64,000 bases of DNA from an uncultured Pelagibacteraceae bacterium (GCA_902536575.1 CACAYA010000001.1:45266-109265), one strand, 5' to 3'. Shown: positions 22,046-32,571, counted from the stretch's first letter. The notes: generated by a model not told the origin, from the letters alone. Numbers and translations: made by a program.

Positions 22046-22080
22046 ATGCAACCTGCGAGTGTTTTAACAGAGTTTTAACT

Positions 22081-23901
22081 TTATTCAACAGTGACAGATT
22101 TAGCCAAATTCCTTGGCTTATCTATATCATATCCTTTTTTAAGAGCTGAATAGTATGCTAGTTTTTGAAGAGGTATTGTTAAAAGAAATGGTAGCAAGTC
22201 ATCATTAGTATTTTCAACCTCAATAGTTTCCCAAATATTCTCAGATACAATTTCATCTTTGCTCTTATTGGTAATTAATAAAACCTTTGCGCCTCTTGCA
22301 ATCACTTCCTGCATGTTTGAAATTGTTTTTTTATAATAGCTGTCTCTTGGAGCTAAAACTACAACAGGCATTCCATCTTCTATCAATGCCAACGGACCAT
22401 GCTTCATCTCACCTGCTGGATAACCTTCGGCATGAACATAAGATAATTCTTTTAATTTTAAGGCCCCTTCAAGAGCAATTGGGTACGAATATCCTCTGCC
22501 CAAAAACATTGATCCTTTTGCTTCGTTAAATGTAGAAGATATAGCTTGAATTTCGTTATCAATTAATAAAGATTTTTCAATTAAACTTGGTAATTTCTGA
22601 AGATCCTTAATTTTTTGTTTATAAATTTCGTTGTTAATTTCTTTCCTTAAATGCCCTAATTTTAAGGATAAAATATATAAAATAAGTATTTGTCCTAAGA
22701 AAGCCTTTGTAGATGCAACGCCAATTTCAGGACCACAATGGATGGGAAGTACAAAATTTGCATCTCGTGCTATTGAACTTTCAATTACATTAACAACAGC
22801 ACATGTTTTCATACTATTTTTATTACATAGATCCAAAGCTGCATATGTATCTGCAGTTTCTCCAGATTGTGAGACAAATATATATAAAGAGTCTTTTTTG
22901 AATCTATTTTTTCGATATCTAAACTCTGATGCAATATCAATATTGAGATCAAGTTGAGTTAACTCTTCAAACCAATATTTTGCCATCAGGCAGGAATGGT
23001 AGGCTGTACCACAACCAATTAGAGTTATTGAATTAATTTCATTAATTTTCCAAGGAAAGTTGAAGATATTTATCTCTGAATTTGTTTTATCTATATATTC
23101 ATTAATCCCAGTCTTAACTGTATTTGGTTGTTCTTCAATTTCTTTTGCCATAAAATGTTTAAAATCACCTTTTTCATAATTAGCTTCATCTGATGAAAGC
23201 TCTAGAACTTTTTTATTTATTTTTTTTCCATCTTCATTAAAAAAAATAACTTGATCTTTTTTAATAATACAAAATTCACTATCATCAAGATAAGTAATTT
23301 TATTCGTCATTGCTTTTAATGCATAAGAGTCTGACCCTAAGTAATTTTCGTTTGGTCCATAACCAACTGCTAAAGGTGAGCCTCTTCGAGCTCCTATTAT
23401 TAAGTCAGGGATATCTTTAAAAATAATTCCCAATGCAAAGCTACCATGCAATTGTTTTAATGTTTTTGTTATCGCTTCTTCTAAATCATTAGTTTTTAAA
23501 TTCTCTGTAATTAAATGAACTATAACCTCTGTGTCAGTTTGAGATTTAAATTTATGCCCTTTAGTGGTTAAGTATTTTTTTAATATTGTTGAGTTTTCAA
23601 TGATTCCATTATGAACAACGGAAACGTTGTCAGACGAGTGCGGATGGGCGTTAACACTATTTGGTACACCATGAGTAGCCCATCTGACATGACCGATACC
23701 AATATTACCTCTTAAATTTTTTAAATCGAAATTTTTTTCCAAAGCATCTACCCTACCCTCAGATTTCACTTCTTTTATTTCACCATCAAAAAGAGTTGCT
23801 ACTCCGGCAGAGTCATAACCTCTATATTCAAGTTTTTTAAGCGAGCTAATAATACTTACTGAAACTGGCTTATTACTAGAAATTCCGATTATACCACACA
23901 T
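22081..23901 (-). CDS. glmS: Glucosamine--fructose-6-phosphate aminotransferase
   Basis: MCGIIG, RWATHG, SQSGETAD, PRNLAKSVTVE. Confidence 0.98.
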   Translation of the reverse strand: MCGIIGISSNKPVSVSIISSLKKLEYRGYDSAGVATLFDGEIKEVKSEGRVDALEKNFDLKNLRGNIGIGHVRWATHGVPNSVNAHPHSSDNVSVVHNGIIENSTILKKYLTTKGHKFKSQTDTEVIVHLITENLKTNDLEEAITKTLKQLHGSFALGIIFKDIPDLIIGARRGSPLAVGYGPNENYLGSDSYALKAMTNKITYLDDSEFCIIKKDQVIFFNEDGKKINKKVLELSSDEANYEKGDFKHFMAKEIEEQPNTVKTGINEYIDKTNSEINIFNFPWKINEINSITLIGCGTAYHSCLMAKYWFEELTQLDLNIDIASEFRYRKNRFKKDSLYIFVSQSGETADTYAALDLCNKNSMKTCAVVNVIESSIARDANFVLPIHCGPEIGVASTKAFLGQILILYILSLKLGHLRKEINNEIYKQKIKDLQKLPSLIEKSLLIDNEIQAISSTFNEAKGSMFLGRGYSYPIALEGALKLKELSYVHAEGYPAGEMKHGPLALIEDGMPVVVLAPRDSYYKKTISNMQEVIARGAKVLLITNKSKDEIVSENIWETIEVENTNDDLLPFLLTIPLQKLAYYSALKKGYDIDKPRNLAKSVTVE

Positions 23902-23908
23902 ATTTTAT

Positions 23909-24529
23909 TTATTTTTTTCTTTTGTAATTTTTAATTTCAGTTTGTAAAGATCTAGTTAAAGCTAAGGATTTTTTTGATACGTTTTTGGTAATTACTGAAC
24001 CTGCTCCAACAAAACTTTCATTCTCAATTGTTATAGGGGCAACCAAAGAGGAATTGGAACCTATGAATACTTTATCTTTGATTTTTGTTTTACTTTTTTT
24101 GACACCGTCATAATTACAAGTAATAGTACCAGCTCCAACATTAACAGTTTTACCAATCTCCGTGTCGCCAATATAAGACAAATGACTAACTTTGGATTGT
24201 TTACCTACAATGCTTTTTTTAATTTCAACAAAATTTCCTATTTTTGATCCTTCTCTTAAAATTGTGTTTGGTCTAATTCTTGTATATGGACCAATCTCAA
24301 CTCTATTTTCAACTTTGCATGCCTCTAGGTGTGAAAATGATTTTATTATTACATTGTTTCCGATTCTTACCTTTGGACCAAAAACTACATAAGGTTCAAT
24401 AGAAACATTCTTTCCAATTTTTGTATCTTTTGAAAAAAAAATTGTCTCTGGTCCTAACATTTTAACACCTGCTTTTAAAAATTTATTTCTTAACTTAATT
24501 TGAGTTTTTTTTAAATTTAGAGGTTTCAT
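23909..24529 (-). CDS. glmU: GlmU C-terminal acetyltransferase domain only (glucosamine-1-P N-acetyltransferase)
   Basis: GNFVEIKK, HLSYIGD, GAGTITCNYDG, FIGSNSSLVAP hexapeptide repeats; no N-terminal nucleotidyltransferase domain; upstream of glmS. Confidence 0.85.
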   Translation of the reverse strand: MKPLNLKKTQIKLRNKFLKAGVKMLGPETIFFSKDTKIGKNVSIEPYVVFGPKVRIGNNVIIKSFSHLEACKVENRVEIGPYTRIRPNTILREGSKIGNFVEIKKSIVGKQSKVSHLSYIGDTEIGKTVNVGAGTITCNYDGVKKSKTKIKDKVFIGSNSSLVAPITIENESFVGAGSVITKNVSKKSLALTRSLQTEIKNYKRKK

Positions 24530-24598
24530 TTAGTTTTGGTTTACATTAAGTATATGATTTAATTAATTCACAAATTATTTCTTTAAAATACTTTTATA

Positions 24599-25282
24599 AT
24601 GAAACAGAAATTTACAGTTTTATTTGATCTAGATGGCACACTTGTTGATACTGCTCCTGATTTAATGCTCGCTCACAATTATGTTATGAAAAAATTTGGT
24701 TATCCAACTAAATCTACAGAAGAAATTAGAAACTTAGTGGGAAAAGGTGCAGGTGCTATGATTGGTAGATCAATTTGGGGACAAGCAAAAAAAGAATTTA
24801 GTAAAGTAAATGATGAAAAAATAAAAAAAGAAATGGTCAGAGATTTTGTTGATTATTATGGAAAAAATATAATAAAGGAAAGTACTTTGATTAATGGAGT
24901 TAAAGAATTTTTAAATTGGTGTAAAAAACACAATATATCAATGGCTGTTTGTACTAATAAACAAGAACATCTTTCTAATGACCTTTTAAAAAAAATTGGG
25001 ATATACAATTATTTTGAATACGTTGCCGGTTCAGATACTTTTGATTATTGTAAACCTGATCCAAGACATCTAACATCAGTTGTTGAAATTTTAGATGGAG
25101 ACTTAAAGAAAACAATTATGATTGGGGATAGCGAAACCGATGCTAATGCAGCAAAATCTGCTAACATTCCAATTATATTATTAGAAGACGGATATACAGA
25201 AAAAAAAATTACTGACATTTATCATAATCATTTAATTAAAGATTTCGTTGGAATTGAAAAAATAGTTTCAAATTATCTTTAA
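24599..25282 (+). CDS. gph: HAD hydrolase, phosphoglycolate phosphatase-like
   Basis: FDLDGTLVDT, TNK, KPDP, IGDSETD. Confidence 0.85.
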   Translation: MKQKFTVLFDLDGTLVDTAPDLMLAHNYVMKKFGYPTKSTEEIRNLVGKGAGAMIGRSIWGQAKKEFSKVNDEKIKKEMVRDFVDYYGKNIIKESTLINGVKEFLNWCKKHNISMAVCTNKQEHLSNDLLKKIGIYNYFEYVAGSDTFDYCKPDPRHLTSVVEILDGDLKKTIMIGDSETDANAAKSANIPIILLEDGYTEKKITDIYHNHLIKDFVGIEKIVSNYL

Positions 25283-25339
25283 TATTGATTAATTTTATTT
25301 AAGCATTAAAACGATCTTAAAATATTAATGGAATAAAAA

Positions 25340-26236
25340 TTGCATTTTATAGATAAAGAACCTAGTCAAAAAAGATTGGATTTTAATGAAAAATTAAAAT
25401 CTGGTAAAATATTAAGAGCTCCTGGAGCCTACAACCCTTTGACTGCAAAATTAGTCGAGGAAATTGGATACGATGCAGTTTATGTTTCAGGCGGTGTTAT
25501 GGCTAATGATCTTGGCTTTCCAGATATAGGACTTACTACTTTACAGGATGTTAGTACTAGGTCATATCTAATTTCAAGGGTAACAAATCTTCCTACAATC
25601 GTTGATATCGATACAGGATTTAAGTCTTGCAAAGAGACTATTGAAACATTTGAAGAGTTTGGAATTTCAGGTGTTCATTTGGAGGATCAGATTGAAAGAA
25701 AAAGATGTGGTCATCTTGATAATAAAGAACTTATTTCTACAGAAGCTATGGTAAAAAAAATTAAAGAATGTGCATCTGCTAAGAAAGATCCAAATTTTAA
25801 AATAATTGCTAGATCTGACGCAAAAAGTGTTGAGGGGATAAATAACATGATTGAGAGATGCAAAGCATATGTTGATGCTGGTGCTGAGATTATTTTTCCT
25901 GAAGCTTTGCAAGATGAAAGGGATTTTGAAAAAGTTAGAAAAGAACTTAATTGTTACTTATTAGCTAATATGACTGAATTTGGAAAATCAAAACTATTCA
26001 ACTACAAAGAATTAGAAAATATGGGATTTAATATTGTTATTTATCCTGTAACTACTCAAAGATTAGCCATGAAAAATGTAGAAGATGGATTAAGAGACAT
26101 TTATGTTAATGGACACCAAAACAATATAATAGATAAGATGCAAACAAGAAAGAGACTATATGAGCTCGTAGAATATGAAAAATATAACTCATTAGATGAA
26201 AAAATTTATAATTTTAGTACAGAAGGACACGAATAA
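25340..26236 (+). CDS. prpB: 2-methylisocitrate lyase
   Basis: DIDTGF, KRCGH, LANMTEFGKS; next to prpC; TTG start. Confidence 0.92.
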   Translation: MHFIDKEPSQKRLDFNEKLKSGKILRAPGAYNPLTAKLVEEIGYDAVYVSGGVMANDLGFPDIGLTTLQDVSTRSYLISRVTNLPTIVDIDTGFKSCKETIETFEEFGISGVHLEDQIERKRCGHLDNKELISTEAMVKKIKECASAKKDPNFKIIARSDAKSVEGINNMIERCKAYVDAGAEIIFPEALQDERDFEKVRKELNCYLLANMTEFGKSKLFNYKELENMGFNIVIYPVTTQRLAMKNVEDGLRDIYVNGHQNNIIDKMQTRKRLYELVEYEKYNSLDEKIYNFSTEGHE

Positions 26237-27360
26237 TGACCGAAGATATTAAAAAAGGTTTATTAGGAATTGTTGTAGATGAGACTGAAGTTTCAAAAGT
26301 TATGCCAGAAATAAACTCTCTAACTTATAGAGGTTATGCGGCACAAGATTTATGTGAATATTGTAGATTTGAAGAAGTTGCATACTTGATTTTAAATAAA
26401 GATTTACCAAACACCATACAGCTTAGGAAGTTTGAAAAAGAAGAAAAAAATAACAGAGAATTATCGACAAATTTATATGAAATAATAAAACATATGCCAA
26501 AAAAATCTCATCCTATGGATGTGGCTAGAACTGCTGTAAGTGTGATGGGATTAGAAGATAAAGAAACTCAAGATTCGTCACCTGAAGCAAATATGAGAAA
26601 AGCATTAAGAATTTTTGCAAAGACTCCTACTGCTTTAGCGGCATTCTACAGAATTAGAAAAGGAAAAAAAATAATTAAACCAAATAAAAATTTAACTTTT
26701 GCTCAAAATTTCTTTTACATGTGCTTTGGTAAAGTCCCACAAAAAGAAATTGTTAAAGCTTTTGATGTATCATTAATTCTTTATGCTGAGCATAGTTTTA
26801 ATGTTTCAACATTCACTGCTAGAACTATAACAAGTAGTTTGTCTGATATTCATGGAGCAATAACGGGAGCTATTGCAAGTTTAAAAGGACCATTACACGG
26901 TGGTGCAAATGAAGAAGTAATGCACATGATGAATAAAATTAAAAAACCTGAAAATGCATTAAAATGGATTAATAACGCTTTAAAAAATAAAGAAGTAGTT
27001 ATGGGTTTCGGTCATAGAGTTTATAAATCTGGTGATTCAAGAGTACCTACTATGAGACAATATTTTGGAAAAGTAGCAAAACTTAAAAGAGATAAAAAAT
27101 TTGAAAAAATCTATGACATTGTAGAAAAAGTTATGATTAAAGAAAAAAATATTCATCCAAATGTTGATTATCCTACTGGGCCAACATATCACTTGATGGG
27201 TTTCGACACTGATTTTTTTACACCAATATTTGTTATTTCAAGAGTTACGGGTTGGTCTGCACATATTATGGAACAACATGCCGCAAATAAACTTATTAGA
27301 CCATTGGCAAGTTATAAAGGTAATAAGCATAGAAAAGTTTTACAGCTTAACCAGAGATAA
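26236..27360 (+). CDS. prpC: 2-methylcitrate synthase / citrate synthase
   Basis: YAEHSFNVSTF, GPLHGGANE, GFGHRVY, NKLIRP. Confidence 0.9.
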   Translation: MTEDIKKGLLGIVVDETEVSKVMPEINSLTYRGYAAQDLCEYCRFEEVAYLILNKDLPNTIQLRKFEKEEKNNRELSTNLYEIIKHMPKKSHPMDVARTAVSVMGLEDKETQDSSPEANMRKALRIFAKTPTALAAFYRIRKGKKIIKPNKNLTFAQNFFYMCFGKVPQKEIVKAFDVSLILYAEHSFNVSTFTARTITSSLSDIHGAITGAIASLKGPLHGGANEEVMHMMNKIKKPENALKWINNALKNKEVVMGFGHRVYKSGDSRVPTMRQYFGKVAKLKRDKKFEKIYDIVEKVMIKEKNIHPNVDYPTGPTYHLMGFDTDFFTPIFVISRVTGWSAHIMEQHAANKLIRPLASYKGNKHRKVLQLNQR

Positions 27361-27970
27361 TTTTTCTAGCAAGAATATTTTCACTATCAACTTTCTCCAA
27401 AATATAACCATTAGCCTCTAACATTATTTTTGTTTCCTTTAGTTTATTACCCTCAAAAAAAGTTCCATCAAAATGTTTTGACTCAAAAAATATTTCATTG
27501 ATACTTAGTTTATGAAAATCAATAGAATTAAGTATTTTGTATTCGGCTCCCTCTACATCTAACTGAAGTTTATCTATTGACTTAATTGAGTACTTCTTCA
27601 CTAATTCATCAAATTTTATAAAATCAATTTCTATTTCTTGGATATCTTCGTGTTCAATATTAAATCTCTTCCCTTTATGACTTAATATATGATTTTTATC
27701 AAAAGAACCTATGCCAGTTGCCCAATGTTTACCAAGTTTTTTAATTGAGTCTTTTTTAACATAAAAAAAATTTTGCTTATGAGAAATATCTAGAACAGCA
27801 TTTTTACATATAAAAAAATTTTCGTTATTTGCATATTCTTTTTCAAGAACTTCATAATTGTAGGGTACAGGTTCAACTAGTAAAATATTTTTATCAGAAT
27901 AATTTGATATTGTTTCCTTCAGATACTGACCTGTATGAGCTCCAATTACAACTAGACCAAAATCTCTCAC
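27347..27970 (-). CDS. FkbM family methyltransferase
   Basis: IGAHTG, VEPVP, IDKLQLDVEGAE. Confidence 0.85.
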   Translation of the reverse strand: MRDFGLVVIGAHTGQYLKETISNYSDKNILLVEPVPYNYEVLEKEYANNENFFICKNAVLDISHKQNFFYVKKDSIKKLGKHWATGIGSFDKNHILSHKGKRFNIEHEDIQEIEIDFIKFDELVKKYSIKSIDKLQLDVEGAEYKILNSIDFHKLSINEIFFESKHFDGTFFEGNKLKETKIMLEANGYILEKVDSENILARKIISG

Positions 27971-27975
27971 ATGTA

Positions 27976-29007
27976 TTAACTAAATGCTTCTACCCATGTC
28001 CCTTGAGTTGATGCTTTGGAATATTCAGTTGCACGACCTTCAAAAAAGTTCATATGCTCAACCGCATTAAGCATAGTATCTAACCAACCCAGAGGATTTT
28101 TATCAACATCATAAATTGCTTCTAAACCCAGCTGAACTAGTCTTCTATTAGCTATGAAACGAATATAATCCTTAACATCTTTTGCAGTTAAACCTTCCAT
28201 CGGACCCATTTCAAAAGCTAAATCGATAAAAGCATCTTCATGCTCAATTATTGTTCTACAAGCTTCATAAAGTTCTTTCTTCAACTTTGGTGTCCATATT
28301 TCAGGGTTTTCATTAATAAATTCTTTAAAGATTCTTATCATAGAATTACAGTGAAGAGTTTCATCTCTGACAGACCAAGTAACAATTTGGCCCATACCTT
28401 TCATCTTGTTGTGTCTTGGAAAGTTTAATAAAATAGCAAAACTTGCAAACAACTGAAGTCCTTCGGTGAATGCACTAAATACTGCAACCGTCTTAGCAAT
28501 ATCTTCTTTTGAATTCACGTTAAAGTTTTGCATGTAATCATATTTATCTTTCATCTCTTTATATTTCATGAAAGCAGAATATTCAGACTCAGGCATTCCA
28601 ATTGTGTCTAAGAGATGTGAGTAAGCAGCGACATGGACTGTTTCCATTGCAGCAAAAGCAGTCATCATCATTAAAACTTCAGTTGGTTTGAAAACTGTTG
28701 TGTAATGTCTCAAATAGCAATTGTTTACTTCAACATCAGCTTGGGTAAAAAATCTAAAAATTTGTGTTAATAAATTTTTTTCTGATTGTGATAAATTTTT
28801 TTGCCAATCTCTTACGTCATCTCCTAAAGGAACTTCTTCAGGTAACCAATGAATTCTTTGTTGAGTTAACCAAGCATCATAACACCATGGATATCTAAAA
28901 GGTTTATAAACAGGATTTTCAACTAACAATCCCATTTTCTTCGGTTGAATAATTTCTTTTTTTTCAGGTTGAATAATTTCTGAACTTATTTTTTCTGCTA
29001 CTGACAT
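27976..29007 (-). CDS. nrdB: Ribonucleotide reductase class Ia beta subunit
   Basis: FFTQAD, ETVH, EGLQLF, RDETLH, NFFE; GAGGAG RBS before MSVAEK. Confidence 0.96.
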   Translation of the reverse strand: MSVAEKISSEIIQPEKKEIIQPKKMGLLVENPVYKPFRYPWCYDAWLTQQRIHWLPEEVPLGDDVRDWQKNLSQSEKNLLTQIFRFFTQADVEVNNCYLRHYTTVFKPTEVLMMMTAFAAMETVHVAAYSHLLDTIGMPESEYSAFMKYKEMKDKYDYMQNFNVNSKEDIAKTVAVFSAFTEGLQLFASFAILLNFPRHNKMKGMGQIVTWSVRDETLHCNSMIRIFKEFINENPEIWTPKLKKELYEACRTIIEHEDAFIDLAFEMGPMEGLTAKDVKDYIRFIANRRLVQLGLEAIYDVDKNPLGWLDTMLNAVEHMNFFEGRATEYSKASTQGTWVEAFS

Positions 29008-30935
29008 GATAAACACTCCTCGTATTCTGTTTCTTGGGTTTTGATTGATTTATTTTTATAAACATTCGCCATAATATCTGTTGATTTTGCATCATTAATA
29101 TTTTCAGCTCTTTGAATTGATTTTGATCTGCAGTAATAAAGGCTTTTCAAACCTTTTTTCCAAGCATCAAAATGAATTTTATGAAGTTCTTTCTTATGAA
29201 CGTCTGCAGGTAAAAATAAGTTTACTGATTGGGCTTGAGATATAAATGGAGTTCTATCTCCACTTAACTCAATAATCCAATTTTGGTTTAACTCAAAAGC
29301 TGTTTTAAAAACATCTTTCTCTAAATCAGTTAGAAAGTCTAAATGTGATACTGAACCTTGATTTGTTGTAATGGTAGACCAAGTTTCATCATCATTTTTG
29401 CCGTAGCTATCTAAAATATCTTCTAAATATCTATTTTTAACGTTAAATGAACCTGATAAAGTTTTATGGGTGTAACTATTAGCAGCTATAGGTTCTACTC
29501 CAGGTGAAGCTCCGCCACAAATAATAGAAATTGAAGCTGTTGGAGCTATTGCAGTTTTGTTAGAAAATCTCTCTTGATAACCATATTCTGCAGCATCAGG
29601 ACATGCACCTCTCTCCTCCGCTAAATCTTTCGAGGCCTGATTTACTTTAGCATCTATGTCTTTAAATATTTTTTTATTCCAAGACTTGGCCATTACAGAC
29701 TCTAAAGGGATTCTATTTTTTTGTAGAAATGAATGAAAACCCATAACACCTAATCCAACACTTCGCTCTCTTTCAGCTGAATACTTTGCGTCTTTAAATT
29801 GATCTGGAGCTTTATTTATAAAATCAGATAAAACATTATCTAAAAATCTCATAACATCGTTAATCATGTTTGAATCATCTTTCCATTCATCATATTTTTC
29901 TAAATTTAAAGACGATAAACAGCAAACTGCTGTTCTATCTCTACCGTCTTTATCTATTCCTGTGGGTAAGGTAATTTCACTACACAAGTTAGAAGTTTTA
30001 ACCGTCAGATTTGCTAATTTATGATGTTGTGGTATTTGTCTATTAACAGTATCAATATAAATTATATAAGGTTCACCAGTCTCTATTCTAGCAGTTAATA
30101 ATCTTATCCATAAATTTCTTGCTGAAATAGTTTGTTGAACTGTTCCATCTGCAGGACTTTTTAATGCCCATTGTTCATCAGTTTCTACGGCTCTCATGAA
30201 TGCATCTGAAACTAAAACACCGTGATGTAAATTTAATGCTTTTCTGTTTGGGTCACCGCCTGTTGGTCTTCTCATCTCTATGAATTCTTCAATTTCTGGA
30301 TGATCAACTGGTAGATAGCAAGCAGCAGAACCTCTCCTTAAAGAACCTTGGCTAATCGCCATAGTTAGAGAGTCCATAACTTTAATAAAAGGAATTATTC
30401 CTGAAGTTTTTCCAACTTTACCAATTTTTTCACCAATAGATCTTAGATTTCCCCAATAACTTCCAATACCACCACCTTTAGCTGCAAGCCAAACATTTTC
30501 ACTCCACAAATCTAAAATACCACCTAAACTATCTGATGCTTCATTTAAAAAACAAGAAATAGGTAGTCCTCTTTTAGTTCCACCATTTGATAAAACAGGA
30601 GTAGCGGGCATGAACCAAAGATTACTTATGTAATTGTAAATTCTTTGTGCATGAAGATTGTCATCAGCGTATGAACTTGCAACTCTTGCAAATAAATCTT
30701 GAAAAGATTCGTTATGTCCAAGATATCTATCTTTTAAGGTTGCTTTACCAAAATCAGTTAAGTTTACATCTTTTGAACGGTCGATTTTTATAATAATACC
30801 TTTGTCATTTTGAAAAAGCTCTGTTTCGTTATTTAGTGAAAAAAGGTCTGGTCTTTTATCTTTTGAAACTTGGTTAATTTCAGGGCTATATTCAGAGACA
30901 GCTTTCTTTAAGGCCTGCGATAAAATTTTGTTCAT
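28998..30935 (-). CDS. nrdA: Ribonucleotide reductase class Ia alpha subunit (no recognisable ATP-cone)
   Basis: PISCF, SNLCSEI, APTASIS, LYYCRS, C-terminal ECLSCQ; start taken at MNKILSQ. Confidence 0.95.
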   Translation of the reverse strand: MNKILSQALKKAVSEYSPEINQVSKDKRPDLFSLNNETELFQNDKGIIIKIDRSKDVNLTDFGKATLKDRYLGHNESFQDLFARVASSYADDNLHAQRIYNYISNLWFMPATPVLSNGGTKRGLPISCFLNEASDSLGGILDLWSENVWLAAKGGGIGSYWGNLRSIGEKIGKVGKTSGIIPFIKVMDSLTMAISQGSLRRGSAACYLPVDHPEIEEFIEMRRPTGGDPNRKALNLHHGVLVSDAFMRAVETDEQWALKSPADGTVQQTISARNLWIRLLTARIETGEPYIIYIDTVNRQIPQHHKLANLTVKTSNLCSEITLPTGIDKDGRDRTAVCCLSSLNLEKYDEWKDDSNMINDVMRFLDNVLSDFINKAPDQFKDAKYSAERERSVGLGVMGFHSFLQKNRIPLESVMAKSWNKKIFKDIDAKVNQASKDLAEERGACPDAAEYGYQERFSNKTAIAPTASISIICGGASPGVEPIAANSYTHKTLSGSFNVKNRYLEDILDSYGKNDDETWSTITTNQGSVSHLDFLTDLEKDVFKTAFELNQNWIIELSGDRTPFISQAQSVNLFLPADVHKKELHKIHFDAWKKGLKSLYYCRSKSIQRAENINDAKSTDIMANVYKNKSIKTQETEYEECLSCQ

Positions 30936-30968
30936 AAGTCTTATTATATTTGGTTTAATATACGAAAA

Positions 30969-31015
30969 CAACTACATGTTGTAGGCGTTTAGAGTTAATA
31001 TACTATATAAACAGT
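30969..31015. promoter_or_regulatory. Tandem NrdR boxes upstream of nrdA
   Basis: CAACTACATGTTGTAG (30969-30984) fits consensus acaCwAtATaTwGtg; weaker ATACTATATAAACAGT starts 31 bp later, a typical NrdR box spacing. Confidence 0.7.
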
Positions 31016-31114
31016 AAATCAACAGAACATTTATAGAACATGTTAAATTATATATCAATAAAAAAAATTAAAAAATTAAGTTTAATTAACATAAAAGAGA
31101 TAAAAAATTAACAA

Positions 31115-32569
31115 ATGACACAAAAAATTAAAATTGATCCATATGGTTTCAGAGAATATGACGCCCGGTGGTTGTATGGAAAAGACATAAATAGAGCTGG
31201 AATAGAGAATCTTGGAAAAGGGTTAGGCACACAGATAATTAATCATACCAAAAAAAATAACCCAAGAGTCATAGTCGGACATGACTATCGTTCTTATAGC
31301 ATAGAGATAAAAACTGCTCTGAAAAAAGGATTAATATCAACCGGGTGCAATATCGAAGATGTTGGATTGTCATTATCACCAATGGTTTATTTTGCTCAAT
31401 TTAATTTAAAATCTGATGCAGTTGCAATGGTAACAGCAAGCCATAATGAAAATGGATGGACTGGAGTTAAGATGGGTATTAAAAAAGGATTAACTCATGC
31501 ACCAGAGGAAATGAAGCAGTTAAAAGAAATAACATTAAATGAAAAATTTATATCAGGTCAAGGAAGTGAAAAACAAATTGAAAATTTTCACCAAGTTTAT
31601 AAAGAAGATTTAATAAAAGATAATAGAATTAACAAACAAATAAAAACAGTTGTTGCATGTGGTAACGGAACTGCAGGTATATTCGCTCCTGATATTTTAA
31701 GAGGAATAGGTTGTGAAGTAATCGAACTAGATTGTAACTTAGACTGGACATTCCCTAAATATAATCCTAACCCCGAAGATTTAGAGATGCTTCATGCAAT
31801 AGCAAAATCTGTTAAAGAAAATAATGCTGATATAGGTTTTGGTTTTGATGGCGATGGTGATAGGGTGGGAATAATTGACAATAAAGGTAATGAAATATTC
31901 TCAGATAAAATTGGTTTATTAATTGCAAGAAATTTATCTACAAAATACCAGAATTCAAAATTTATTGTAGATGTTAAATCAACAGGTTTGTATTCAAAAG
32001 ATAAAGTATTAGCGAAAAATAATTGTAATACCATTTATTGGAAAACTGGTCATTCACATATTAAGAGAAAAGTAAATATAGAAAAAGCTTTAGCTGGCTT
32101 TGAAAAAAGTGGGCACTTCTTTTTTAATCAACCATTAGGCTATGGATATGACGATGGTATTAATTCTGCAATTCAAGTCTGTCATTTACTAAATAATCAA
32201 AATAAAAAAATGAGTGAAATTATTGAAGAATTACCCACCACTTATCAATCACCCACTATGGCCCCTTTTTGTAAAGATGAAGAAAAATATCAGGTGGTCG
32301 AAGAATTAGTTAAACAAGTGGAAAAAATTAAAAATGATAAAATAAAAATTGATAGTCAAGTCATAAAAGAGATTTTAACAGTTAATGGGATTAGGTTTTC
32401 TTTTGAGGATGGTTCATGGGGCTTAATAAGGGCCTCATCTAATAAACCTTCTCTTGTAGTTGTCACAGAGAGTCCAACATCAGATAATAGAAAAAAAAAA
32501 ATCTTTGAATTTATTGATAATTTGTTGCAAAAAACCGGAAAAATTGGTGATTACGACCAAAAAATTTAG
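31115..32569 (+). CDS. Phosphomannomutase/phosphoglucomutase
   Basis: FREYDAR, VTASHN, FDGDGDR, FEKSGH. Confidence 0.93.
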   Translation: MTQKIKIDPYGFREYDARWLYGKDINRAGIENLGKGLGTQIINHTKKNNPRVIVGHDYRSYSIEIKTALKKGLISTGCNIEDVGLSLSPMVYFAQFNLKSDAVAMVTASHNENGWTGVKMGIKKGLTHAPEEMKQLKEITLNEKFISGQGSEKQIENFHQVYKEDLIKDNRINKQIKTVVACGNGTAGIFAPDILRGIGCEVIELDCNLDWTFPKYNPNPEDLEMLHAIAKSVKENNADIGFGFDGDGDRVGIIDNKGNEIFSDKIGLLIARNLSTKYQNSKFIVDVKSTGLYSKDKVLAKNNCNTIYWKTGHSHIKRKVNIEKALAGFEKSGHFFFNQPLGYGYDDGINSAIQVCHLLNNQNKKMSEIIEELPTTYQSPTMAPFCKDEEKYQVVEELVKQVEKIKNDKIKIDSQVIKEILTVNGIRFSFEDGSWGLIRASSNKPSLVVVTESPTSDNRKKKIFEFIDNLLQKTGKIGDYDQKI

Positions 32570-32571
32570 AG

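Noticed and set aside
24530-24598. Possible glmU pseudogene or frameshift
   Set aside because: No remnant of the N-terminal domain upstream and the remaining domain is intact, so it was treated as a functional half gene.
25279-25328. Several TTAA-Nx-TTAA arrangements, one with N7 (CtrA-like)
   Set aside because: Expected by chance at this AT content; the similar sites near 34557 and 41001 have N8 spacing; the downstream gene is metabolic.
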